From contig CAWDVE010000013.1 of the NCBI GenBank assembly GCA_963805625.1, positions 352,001 through 416,000 of the forward strand: 64,000 bases of DNA, in the 5' to 3' direction. The DNA is from an uncultured Candidatus Rokubacteria bacterium. GTDB taxonomy: Bacteria; Methylomirabilota; Methylomirabilia; Rokubacteriales; DASRDR01. Shown in pieces: positions 1 to 8,398 of this stretch. Each line of letters starts with the position of its first letter. Positions within the stretch are counted from its first letter, which is position 1. The notes below the pieces were generated by a model that did no database searches, was not told the DNA's origin, and was given only the letters and a program-made list of their open reading frames with translations. Made by a program: the position numbers and the translations under genes.

Positions 1-654
1 CGTGAGCCCGACCGCCCGGTAGAGGGCGAGCGCCGCCAGCTCCGCCGACTGCCGGGCCTGGAGGAGCTCGAGCCGCGCCCGGGCGAGCGCGCCCTCGGCC
101 TGGAGGAGCGGCGCCAGGTCGCCCGTCCCGTGCTCGAACTTGATCCGCTCGAGGAGCTCGAGCTTGACGGCGTGGGCGACCGCGGCCTCGCGGACCTGGA
201 CCGTCGCGCGCGCGGCGGTCACCTGGTACGCGGCCTGGACCACCTCGGCGACGACCTCCGCCTCGGTCACGGCAAGCGCGCGCTCCGCCTGCGCGAGGCC
301 GAGCCGGGCGCGCTCGGCGTCCCGGGTGCCCTCGCCGAGGAACTTCGAGAGATCGAGGGCGAGCCCGACGGCCGCGCGGTCCTGGCCGGTGAGGAAGTCG
401 TAGCCCTGGTGCGCCGTCACGCTCGGGACGAGCCAGGTCCACCACTCGGTCCCCCGGACGTCGAGGCGCGCGAGCGCGACCTTGGCGCGCGCGTCCTGGA
501 GCCTCGGCGCGTGCTGCCGGGCAAGCGTGAGGAGCGTCTCGATCGGGAGGTCGGCGGGGTCGATAGCCGGCGAGTTGGCCGCCGCCGGTCTGGTTCCGCC
601 GGCCACCACGACGAGCGTGGCCAGGCACACGAGCCGGAACACGCGGCTACGCAT
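1..654 (-). CDS. TolC/OEP-like outer-membrane efflux-type protein (runs off the window edge)
   Basis: Not in the ORF track; read manually. ATG at 654 with a GAGGAGG RBS overlaps the patatin stop. Signal peptide MRSRVFRLVCLATLVVVAGG..AAA, then OEP-like helices (LLTLARQHAPRLQDARAKV; KFEHGTGDLAPLLQAE; LALYRAVG). Confidence 0.65.
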   Translation of the reverse strand, partial: MRSRVFRLVCLATLVVVAGGTRPAAANSPAIDPADLPIETLLTLARQHAPRLQDARAKVALARLDVRGTEWWTWLVPSVTAHQGYDFLTGQDRAAVGLALDLSKFLGEGTRDAERARLGLAQAERALAVTEAEVVAEVVQAAYQVTAARATVQVREAAVAHAVKLELLERIKFEHGTGDLAPLLQAEGALARARLELLQARQSAELAALALYRAVGLT

Positions 655-1528
655 GGGAGCTCCTCCTCGAGGCGGGTGCCGCGAGCCTCTCAAGCGCCAC
701 GACGCAGGCCTCGGCGATGATCTGGCGGACGACGGCTGGCGGCGGCCGCCGGAAGGCCGGGAGCGGCTCGACCAGCGGCGCGTAGGAGAGCATCGTGACG
801 GGCCGGCCGCCGACCCGCCGCGGGGGCCGGATCGCGCGCTCGCGCGCTCTGATGTAAGCGCCCAGGGCCCGGGCGAGCGAGGTGATCGCCTGCCGGGCGT
901 CGTCGTGGCTGGAGACGTCCGACACGACGACCCGGTCGGCCCGGGTCCGCAGGCCCGCCAGTCGGACGAACGCCCCGCCGTCGGCGAGAACCCGGCCGTC
1001 CCACTCGACCGGGGTCATGAGCCCCGGCAGCGCGGCCGAGGCGCTCACCGCGAGCGCGACCTCGACGTCGGGGGTCGCGTCCGGGCTGAAGCAGAGCGGC
1101 CGGGCGTGGGTGAGGTCGGTCGCCTGGATCGTGCACGGCAGCCGGAGGTCCCGGAACCGGGCGTGGCCGAGCAGGCGGTCCACGGTCTGCCGGTAGGGCG
1201 CGACGCTCCACCATCCGGGCGGCTGTCGGTGGGCGTGACGGCGGAACCAGTTGGCCACGATCCGCCGCTCCGGCCACGTGTAGCGGAGGAAGTCCCGCCG
1301 GCGGAGCGTCGTCCCGAGCCGGGCGATCTCGGCCGCGGAGTAGCCGGCCGCGACCAGCGCGGCGACGAAGGCGCCGATCGAGGAGCCCGAGACCTCGACG
1401 ATTGGGAGCCCGAGGCGCTCGATCGCCTGGAGCGTGCCGACGTGGGCGTAGCCCCGTGCCTCGCCGCCGGAGAACGACACGTGGAGCGTGGGGCCGTTGC
1501 GGCGGGTCACCGCTCTCGTGTTCGTCAC
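647..1528 (-). CDS. Patatin-like phospholipase
   Basis: Gly-rich loop SGGEARG, nucleophile elbow GSSIG, SAALPG, catalytic DGG. Start placed at GTG 1528, adjacent to the upstream stop. Confidence 0.88.
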   Translation of the reverse strand: MTNTRAVTRRNGPTLHVSFSGGEARGYAHVGTLQAIERLGLPIVEVSGSSIGAFVAALVAAGYSAAEIARLGTTLRRRDFLRYTWPERRIVANWFRRHAHRQPPGWWSVAPYRQTVDRLLGHARFRDLRLPCTIQATDLTHARPLCFSPDATPDVEVALAVSASAALPGLMTPVEWDGRVLADGGAFVRLAGLRTRADRVVVSDVSSHDDARQAITSLARALGAYIRARERAIRPPRRVGGRPVTMLSYAPLVEPLPAFRRPPPAVVRQIIAEACVVALERLAAPASRRSSHA

Positions 1529-1529
1529 G

Positions 1530-2381
1530 TCAAGACCGCCGCGTGAGGAGGACGCGGACGACGAAGAAGAGCGCGCCGAGCGTCCCCGCCAGGATGTAGA
1601 GGTCCCGGTCGTCGAGCCCGAGGGCAACGAAGCGCGTGGCGACGAGGCCGGCCGCGACCAGGAGCAGGACCGGCGTGAGGTCGAGGTAGCGGAGGCCGGC
1701 GCCGTGCTGGAGCGCGCGGATCGCCTCGAGCGCGACGGGCCCCTCGCCCGCGACCTGGCGGGCCATCTCGACGATCGCGTGGGGGTTACCGGCCGCCTGC
1801 TCGAGGACGGTCGCCTCGAAGAGCGCGACGTCCGGGATCCGGGCGCGATCCACGCTGGTCCACAGGAGCGCCTTCGCCTCGTCGCGCGTGAGCGGCGGGA
1901 GGTCGAGCCGCTCGAACGCCCACCAGAGCTTCTGGAGCCCGGGGCGGCAGTCGCGGGTCGCCCCGAGGACGACGGCGGCGTCCAGGCACGCCTCGAGGAC
2001 CGGCGCCATCGCCGGCGTCGCCGCCTCGAGCTGGTCCAGGATCAGCACCGTCGGACGCGTGCGGAGGCTCGCCACCACGATCGCGGTCAGCTGGCGGACC
2101 GTGACGCGGCCGAGGAGCCGCGCGCACTCGGGCCAGGCCGTGGGGGCGCGGGCGCCGTCCGCGAGGACGAGCTGGCCGCGCGCGTGGAGGCTCTCGCCGA
2201 GCCCGAGGAGGCTGAGGCGAAGCGGCTGGACGTGCGGCACGTAGACGGCCTCCGGGGACTCGGCGGCGACCGCGCGCAGGAGGTGCGTCTTCCCCGCTCC
2301 GATCTTGCCCACGAGGAGCGTGTGGCGCCCGCGCGCGACGTTCGCGAGGAGGCGCGCGCGCTCGGTCTCGCGGCCGATCAC
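1530..2381 (-). CDS. P-loop AAA-type ATPase with two C-terminal transmembrane helices
   Basis: IGRETE N-motif, Walker A GKIGAGKT, Walker B LILDQLE, AGNP motif, hydrophobic C-terminal hairpin. GTG start overlaps the upstream TGA (GTGA). Confidence 0.8.
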   Translation of the reverse strand: MIGRETERARLLANVARGRHTLLVGKIGAGKTHLLRAVAAESPEAVYVPHVQPLRLSLLGLGESLHARGQLVLADGARAPTAWPECARLLGRVTVRQLTAIVVASLRTRPTVLILDQLEAATPAMAPVLEACLDAAVVLGATRDCRPGLQKLWWAFERLDLPPLTRDEAKALLWTSVDRARIPDVALFEATVLEQAAGNPHAIVEMARQVAGEGPVALEAIRALQHGAGLRYLDLTPVLLLVAAGLVATRFVALGLDDRDLYILAGTLGALFFVVRVLLTRRS

Positions 2382-2599
2382 AGGCAGCTCAGGCGCGAGA
2401 GGTCCCAGGGCTCGGCATCCTTCGGGCGTGGGCACTGCAACCCGGCGTACGTGAGGGCGTCGAGGCTCGCCCAGCCGAGATGCACGACCAGCTCGTCGGC
2501 GCCGTGGCTCAGCACGAGCCGCGCGCCGCCCGCGGGGTCCTGGGTGAGCGTCGTGATCACGTCGTAGTGCCGCCAGTCGAGAGCGCAGAGCATCGCCAT
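2378..2599 (-). CDS. Hypothetical protein (73 aa)
   Basis: GGAGG RBS before ATG 2599; stop overlaps the next gene's start. Confidence 0.6.
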   Translation of the reverse strand: MAMLCALDWRHYDVITTLTQDPAGGARLVLSHGADELVVHLGWASLDALTYAGLQCPRPKDAEPWDLSRLSCL

Positions 2600-2600
2600 G

Positions 2601-2939
2601 TCAGGCCTCCTCAGGTTCGGATGCGGCCGCGGCCCCGTCGGCCGTGGCCTCCCCGTGCATGACCGGGCAGCGCGGACCATCGCCCGCGCGTCGCCGCGGC
2701 CGGGGAACGAGTGGATTCGACGACGCGAGGCTCATCCGGAAGCGTGCGAGCTCGGCACGCTGGACGCCGTTCAGGCTCGCCTCGAGCGCGCGGGCCTCGG
2801 TGCGGAGCGCGTCCACGCGGCGCGCGAGCAGCGTCGCGCGCGCGGTCGCCCGCGTCTCGCGGGTCGCCTGGCGGTCGGCGTGGCCCTCGAGCCGGAGGAT
2901 CCGGCGGACCTTGCGGGAGCGGATCATCGTCGTCGTCAT
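2601..2939 (-). CDS. Hypothetical basic coiled-coil protein (112 aa)
   Basis: GAGGAGG RBS before ATG 2939; abuts the next gene. Confidence 0.55.
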   Translation of the reverse strand: MTTTMIRSRKVRRILRLEGHADRQATRETRATARATLLARRVDALRTEARALEASLNGVQRAELARFRMSLASSNPLVPRPRRRAGDGPRCPVMHGEATADGAAAASEPEEA

Positions 2940-3158
2940 GCGGGATCGCCTCCTCGAGGGAATGGGTGGAGGAATCGGTGGCTTTAAGGGCCAGCTCACC
3001 CTGGGCGCTCGGGGGCTCGATCGGGGCGGCCGCTGCCGCGGGGCGCCCGGCCTCCGCGGAGAGGTCGGCAGAGAGGCGGTCGGCACACCCGCAGCGCCGG
3101 TGCTCGCGGGGCGGAACCGATTCGGCCCGTCGAGCGGCTCGGGCGCGTCGGCGCTGGC

Positions 3159-4061
3159 TCATCGCGACCCTCCGCCGGGCGAGCGGCCGCTCGCGGTTGT
3201 CGCTCGGCTGTCAGGGGTTCCGCCGGGGGCGGCGTGGCGTGCAGCCGTCGCTCGGCCGCGGTCCGGGGTCCCTCCGGCGTCCGCTTCGCGCGCGCTCGCG
3301 CGATCCTTCGCCGGTGGCGCCGGCGGTCGCCACCAGGGCTGGGCGGCGAGGAGTTCTCGGATGGCCACGGGGGTCGCGATCGTCTCGCGCCAGGCCGACC
3401 CGGGGTCGTGGCCGTCGGGGTGGTCTCGCTCTTCCGTCCGGTCCCGTTCTTCCGTCCGGTCCCGTTCTTCCGTCCGGTCTCGTCCTTCCGTCCCGTCCCT
3501 TCCGATCCGGCGGTCTCGTGCGCGTGCGCACTCTCGGTCTCGGTCTCTTTCTCTTCTCGGTCTCAGTCTCCCGAGGGGCGAACCCGGCGATTCTTCGGGT
3601 GTTTCCATGTCGAGTTCCGTCGGGATTGGCGCACGGGGCGTTCGGTCGGGTCCAAGTTCCGTCGCCGACGTCGCGGCAGCCCTCCCGGATCTGGACGGGG
3701 CCAGGACGCCGGCGAAGCGATCGGCGAGGTCCGTGTACCGGCCGTCGACCGTCGGGTACTTGTCGATCGCGAGCTCGATCAGCCGGTGCTGGCTTCGCCG
3801 GCCCCGGTGCCCGGGGTACCAGACATAGCGCTTGCGCCGGAGCGACCGGCAGAGCTGCTCGACGTGCTTGACCGGCAGGCGGGTCTCGATCGCGAGCTGC
3901 GGCCAGCTGGTCCGGATCGCGCCATTCCGGGGGCTCGCCCTGAGACAGAGCCAGACGAACATGGCGAACTCGTTCCACGTCATCCACCGGGACAGGAGGT
4001 GCTCGTCGAGCGAGCGGCGGAGCTTCAGGAAGTGGTTCGCGCCGGCCGGTTGCCTGCTCAT
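3159..4061 (-). CDS. Phage/plasmid replication-initiator-like winged-helix protein
   Basis: N-terminus HFLKLRRSL..W..WNEFAMFVWLCLRA..RTSWPQLAIET resembles phage replisome-organiser N-domains; low-complexity linker with RDRTEE repeats. ATGA overlap with the upstream gene. Confidence 0.6.
   Translation of the reverse strand: MSRQPAGANHFLKLRRSLDEHLLSRWMTWNEFAMFVWLCLRASPRNGAIRTSWPQLAIETRLPVKHVEQLCRSLRRKRYVWYPGHRGRRSQHRLIELAIDKYPTVDGRYTDLADRFAGVLAPSRSGRAAATSATELGPDRTPRAPIPTELDMETPEESPGSPLGRLRPRRERDRDRECARARDRRIGRDGTEGRDRTEERDRTEERDRTEERDHPDGHDPGSAWRETIATPVAIRELLAAQPWWRPPAPPAKDRASAREADAGGTPDRGRATAARHAAPGGTPDSRATTASGRSPGGGSR
3431..3510. repeat. 18-bp tandem repeat CTTCCGTCCGGTCCCGTT (2 exact copies plus 2-3 degenerate)
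   Basis: Units start at 3431, 3449 and 3467, with a degenerate unit at 3485; encodes RDRTEE. Confidence 0.9.
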
Positions 4062-4648
4062 GTGAGCCTCAGGGCGTCGCTCGGCCTCAGCACGCCGGGC
4101 GGCAGGTCCGGCTCCGCCGCGAACGTCAGGCACTCGATCCCGTCGACGACGAAGGCGTGCCGGTAGTCGAGGAGCAGATACGGGTACTCGGTGGTCGTCA
4201 CCGCGAGGCCTGTCCGCTGGACGGTCCGCCAGAATATCTCGGGGCTCAGGTGGATCTCGACCCGCCCGGCCGCGTGGGGCCAGATCCCGAGCACGATGTC
4301 GTAGTGCCGCGGGATATCGAGCTTCGCGAGGAGCCGCCGAATGGTCTCGCGCATGGCGGCGGCCGCGGGCCCGATCACGCGCGCCTCCGTCGGAGCGAGA
4401 GGCTCGGGCGGGATCCCCGGTGTCGCGCCGGCTCGCCCGAACCGCGGGTCGCGGAGGACCGCGGCCACGTCCGCATGGCGCGTGAGAATCCACAGGCCGT
4501 GCGGCGTGCGGTGCATCGGGTCCTGCTCGCGCAGCTGGCGGTAGTAGCCGTAGGGATCGGTGAGGCGTGTCGTGCTCAAGGGCCGGAAGAGGTCAAGATC
4601 GATCGCCGGATCGGTCGCCGTCGGGGTCGTCCGCGTGTGTGTCGTCAT
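4058..4648 (-). CDS. Chimeric protein: cytochrome P450-like N-terminal segment plus unrelated C-terminus
   Basis: DPYGYYRQLREQDPMHRTPHGLWILTRHADVAAVLRDPRF is a typical bacterial P450 N-terminus, but ExxR and the heme-Cys motif are absent. Confidence 0.6.
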   Translation of the reverse strand: MTTHTRTTPTATDPAIDLDLFRPLSTTRLTDPYGYYRQLREQDPMHRTPHGLWILTRHADVAAVLRDPRFGRAGATPGIPPEPLAPTEARVIGPAAAAMRETIRRLLAKLDIPRHYDIVLGIWPHAAGRVEIHLSPEIFWRTVQRTGLAVTTTEYPYLLLDYRHAFVVDGIECLTFAAEPDLPPGVLRPSDALRLT

Positions 4649-4800
4649 GGCCGACCGAGGAGGGCAACCCTGGTGCCAGACGGCGTCACGTCATTGCGCG
4701 CGTCCCCGAAGTGCGTGAGCTTTCAGACGAAGACTCGCTGACGCCACGACTCGTGTCAGCGCGCGCCGCGCGTGGAAATCCGCCCCGTGCGCGCTTCGAA

Positions 4801-4881
4801 GCGGATTCGGGGTGGATTCGAGGCGGATTCCGGAGCGGATTCCGGGGGTCGACTCCGGAGCGAGTTCCGGACGGCAATCCG
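4801..4881. repeat. Phased GGATTC-like short repeats, 11-12 bp period
   Basis: GGATTC at 4803, 4814, 4825 and 4837, with variants near 4851, 4862 and 4874. Confidence 0.7.
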
Positions 4882-5118
4882 ACGCGACCCGCGGGACCGT
4901 CGACGCGCGGCTCCGCCACTCGGGGCGCGCCGTCTCCCTCATCGAGGGCGGCGCTGGTCCCGGAACGGGCCCCGCTCAGCGGCTCATGACCACTCGCGCC
5001 GCGTCAGGTGCCGCCCGGGCTCGCGAAATCCCGCTGCCGTCGCCCGCGATCCAGCTCCCGGCGATGGATATCCCGCGCGTGCTCACGCGCGAGGGTACAC
5101 GACGCGTGCCCCCGCGTC

Positions 5119-5147
5119 TTGACAGCATATGCACGCCGTCATAGCCT
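5119..5147 (+). promoter_or_regulatory. sigma70-type promoter for the DUF4331-TPR pair
   Basis: TTGACA (5119-5124), 17-bp spacer, TAGCCT (5142-5147). Confidence 0.65.
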
Positions 5148-5209
5148 GCGCCAAGTGCTCCCGGCAGAGTCCAGGCTCTGCGAGTATCAGGGAACGGGGA
5201 GGCAACATC

Positions 5210-6772
5210 GTGGCAGATCACAACGATCCCAATGCGGTCAACTCGATCTTCTCCGACATCGACGTCAGCGCAGCCGACCTCTACGATCTCTTCGGATTCC
5301 CCAGCAATGACACGGCGGCCGCGGAACACGTTGTCATCGCCCTCACGTTCGCCTCGGTTCCGGGCACCGGGGTCTTCGACACCGACATGCTGTACAGGAT
5401 CCAGCTCCATGCCGCGCCGAGAGTCGCCCGCTCGGTCGACGACCACAGCCTCGAAGCCCTACTGAAGTACTTCGACTCCCTCAAGGAAAAATACCTGGGG
5501 GCGCGGAACACCTCGGAGATCCGGGTTACCGTGGATGCGGCCCGACGCGCCACCGTGAAATTCATCAACTTCCCAGGCGGCAGCTTTTCGACCGTCGTCG
5601 ATATCAACGAGGTCCTGACCATCCAGTCACCAACCCGCCACTCGATCAAGACGTTCATCGGCGGTCGCGATGATGCATTCTTCAACGATCTCACGGGATT
5701 CTTCCGCTCCATCAACTATGCGCCCCAGTTCTATCACGTGCCTCACACGATGACCGAGGCGCGGGAGCTGAACATTCCGAAGACCCTCCTCGAGCTGGAG
5801 GGCAACGACCTCTTCAATCACGACTCCGGCGACCCCGAATGGGGCTATGGGCTCAAGAAGGATCTGCCTCCGGGTCCCCATACCTGGAGCGGCACCAGGT
5901 TCCGGAAGGACGCCCGGGGCAACTTCCGGTTCGTCTACACCGGCAAGGACTGCCAGGCGGGAAAGAACGTCAACGCCATCATCCTCGAGATCCCCCTTGC
6001 CTTCATCACCGAATCTCCCGCCGAGAACCGGATCGTCAACACCTGGGGGGAGAGCTGGGTTCTCAAGGCCGCTCACAAGGTCGAGACGATCCCTGACGAC
6101 CCCCTCTGGCTAGAGCATCCCGCGACACTGCTCGACACCTTCCGACTCGACAAGGAGTTGAAGAAGTACAAGCTCGTCGACACCGACGGCCAGCCGTTCG
6201 CCGATGCGGGGCTGAGTGAGCGCGAGGACAGCCGGCAGCTCGGCGCCAACAACTTCTGGCTGGCGCCCCACTTCGTCAAGCGGCTGGCCCATCTCGGCTG
6301 GGGCTTCGGACCCTCCATTAGCGCCCTGGGTCTTCAGACCGCGTTCGACCACGACAACTCGTCAGTCTCGGTGCACCGGAAATACGCGTCCGTCCTGGAG
6401 GCGTTTCCACGGGTCACGAAGATCCTGTTCCAGGAGCTGAACATGCCCGACAACACGTGGAACACGAAGGGCCTCCCGATCACGCTCCGGCGTCCGTTCG
6501 AGATATTCGTTCCGAACGTCTGCGCCATCGACATGGACACGACCGGAACGTGGCCGTTTGGGCGACGCCTCGAAGACCAGGTGGCCACGAGGTTCCTGTC
6601 GCTGTTCCTCGACATGCAGGCTGAGTTCAAGGGCAAGAAGTACCACATCGACTTGCTCAACGACCAGTCCCTGTGGGATGGAGCGCCGATCGAGCCGAAG
6701 ACGCCGCCGAATCCGTTGAAGAACGACAAGGAGTTCTTGAACCACTTCCCGTATCTGGCAGAGCCGTGGTAG
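5210..6772 (+). CDS. DUF4331-family protein (no signal peptide)
   Basis: N-terminal ADHxD, DLYDLFGFP, GGRDDAFF, PFGRRLEDQV, NDKEFLNHFPYLAEP. GTG start at 5210 after GGGGAGG. Confidence 0.8.
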   Translation: MADHNDPNAVNSIFSDIDVSAADLYDLFGFPSNDTAAAEHVVIALTFASVPGTGVFDTDMLYRIQLHAAPRVARSVDDHSLEALLKYFDSLKEKYLGARNTSEIRVTVDAARRATVKFINFPGGSFSTVVDINEVLTIQSPTRHSIKTFIGGRDDAFFNDLTGFFRSINYAPQFYHVPHTMTEARELNIPKTLLELEGNDLFNHDSGDPEWGYGLKKDLPPGPHTWSGTRFRKDARGNFRFVYTGKDCQAGKNVNAIILEIPLAFITESPAENRIVNTWGESWVLKAAHKVETIPDDPLWLEHPATLLDTFRLDKELKKYKLVDTDGQPFADAGLSEREDSRQLGANNFWLAPHFVKRLAHLGWGFGPSISALGLQTAFDHDNSSVSVHRKYASVLEAFPRVTKILFQELNMPDNTWNTKGLPITLRRPFEIFVPNVCAIDMDTTGTWPFGRRLEDQVATRFLSLFLDMQAEFKGKKYHIDLLNDQSLWDGAPIEPKTPPNPLKNDKEFLNHFPYLAEPW

Positions 6773-6778
6773 CAGCCG

Positions 6779-7969
6779 ATGCACCTCGCGGCAGCGAGGG
6801 TCTCTGACTTCGAGATCGAGCTCGGACGGCTCGACCGGAATCTCGCCGAGCTCGGAAGCGACGCCCTCACCGCCGGCTCGCATACCGCCACGGCAACCAG
6901 ACACGCCTGGCTGCTCTATCAGCGCGCCTCGCTCACCGGTGACCTGGCCGGATGCGAGGCCGCTGGAGAGGCGGCCAGCCGCGCCATCGGGCGGATCGGC
7001 CCGGCTTGGGATCTCTGTCTTCTCAAGGCGACCGTGGATTTCACCCTTCACCGCATTGCCGATGCCAAGCGGGACCTGGAGGCGGCCGGCGGCCTCGGCG
7101 ACACCGTTCACGGCCGGGCATTACACGCGGACATCTGCTTCCAGGAAGGCCAGTACGCGTGCGCGCGAGACGGCTACGAAGGGGTGATTCGCGACGATCG
7201 GACGTGGGACAATCTCGCCCGTCTGGCCCACTTGAGAGTGACCATGGGCGACGCCGACGGCGCCGATCAGCTATACCTCGAGGCCGAGGACGAGCTCAGC
7301 GCGAAACAGATGCGGCAGTATGCGTGGGTGGAGCTGCAACGAGGCTTGCTGGACCTGCGACGTGGACGGCACGAGGACGCCGCGGAGCACTATCGACGGA
7401 GCGGTCGCGCGTATTCCGGGTATTGGCTGATCGACGACCACGCCGCCGAGCTCTTGGCCGCCCGGGGACGTCTCGAGGAGGCGGCCGGGCTGTATGAGAG
7501 CGTGATCGAGCGCGTGCCGAGACCGGAGCTCCAGCACGCGCTCGGCGACCTGTATGCGCTGATGGGAAAGCTTGAACAGGCGCGAAGGTGGCACGATCGG
7601 GCGCTCGCCGGGTACCTGGAGTCGACGCGCCGCGGCGGCGTTCACTACTATCATCACCTCGCGGATTTCTACGCCGATGTCCTGGACAACGGCGCGGAGG
7701 CGGTCAAGTGGGCGCGCCGCGATGTCGCGCTGCGCCGGAACTTCGCGACCGAGGCGGCGCTGGCGTGGGCGCTACACACGAGCGGCCAGCCGTCCGAGGC
7801 GCTCGACACGATGAGTCAAGCTCTCTCGTCGGGAGTGAGAGACGCCCACCTCTTCAGTCGGGCCGGACGGATCCACCTGGCTCTGGGAAGGGTCGCCGAG
7901 GGCGGGCGGTACTTGCGGATGGCGGCCGATCTCAACCCCCATCATGAGAGCTTTCATGTCCATCGCTGA
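6779..7969 (+). CDS. TPR-repeat protein (paralog of 30730-32013)
   Basis: TPR-like helical repeats; shares TWDNLARLA, AYSGYWL, YYHHLA and LNPxxExFHxH with the second copy. Confidence 0.85.
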   Translation: MHLAAARVSDFEIELGRLDRNLAELGSDALTAGSHTATATRHAWLLYQRASLTGDLAGCEAAGEAASRAIGRIGPAWDLCLLKATVDFTLHRIADAKRDLEAAGGLGDTVHGRALHADICFQEGQYACARDGYEGVIRDDRTWDNLARLAHLRVTMGDADGADQLYLEAEDELSAKQMRQYAWVELQRGLLDLRRGRHEDAAEHYRRSGRAYSGYWLIDDHAAELLAARGRLEEAAGLYESVIERVPRPELQHALGDLYALMGKLEQARRWHDRALAGYLESTRRGGVHYYHHLADFYADVLDNGAEAVKWARRDVALRRNFATEAALAWALHTSGQPSEALDTMSQALSSGVRDAHLFSRAGRIHLALGRVAEGGRYLRMAADLNPHHESFHVHR

Positions 7970-7982
7970 CGTGATGGGCGCG

Positions 7983-8049
7983 GGCAGCGACGAGGACTAC
8001 TTCCGCGAGATGGAGGACGGCGTCGGTCTCACTCCGGGTCGGAACACCT
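7983..8049 (+). pseudogene. Relic of the N-terminal part of the di-heme cytochrome c gene family
   Basis: GSDEDYFREMEDG..GRNT matches GSDSDYLRAMDRG..GRNN of 25596-28304. Confidence 0.5.
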
Positions 8050-8398
8050 TAACGAGCCTCGTGAAATACGATGACGGCACTCCCAGGAGGCGGACGCACG
8101 ATGTGCTCCCTACACCGGCCCACGTGCCGGCCCACGTGCCGGTTGACGGCGGCGGTGTGGCGGCATAGCATGCCACTAGTCGGGCGCGGTTGGCGCGCGC
8201 GGAGGCTGTCATGTGCGCGGTGTCTACGCCTTCAGTCTGCGGGGCTCGGCAGCGCTGGCGCAGCTGAATGACCGTTGTCGTCGAAGGTGATGCGCACGAC
8301 TGGCGCGCGGCTCTTGCTACTCAGCCCGGAACTCACATGTCTCCACCTGGTCGGGTTCATCGCGACAAGAGTTAGTCCCCCTCGATGAAGGAGCGGAC

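Noticed and set aside
2611-3162. 183-aa ORF with ATGA coupling to the initiator-like gene
   Set aside because: Its C-terminal half is an Arg/Pro-rich shadow of 2601-2939. A short real gene at ~2985-3162 cannot be excluded but is unsupported.
4058-4648. Functional cytochrome P450
   Set aside because: Only 196 aa, with no I-helix, ExxR or heme-Cys motif.
8114-8141. 12-bp tandem duplication CCGGCCCACGTG x2
   Set aside because: An isolated two-copy slippage in decayed sequence with no functional context.
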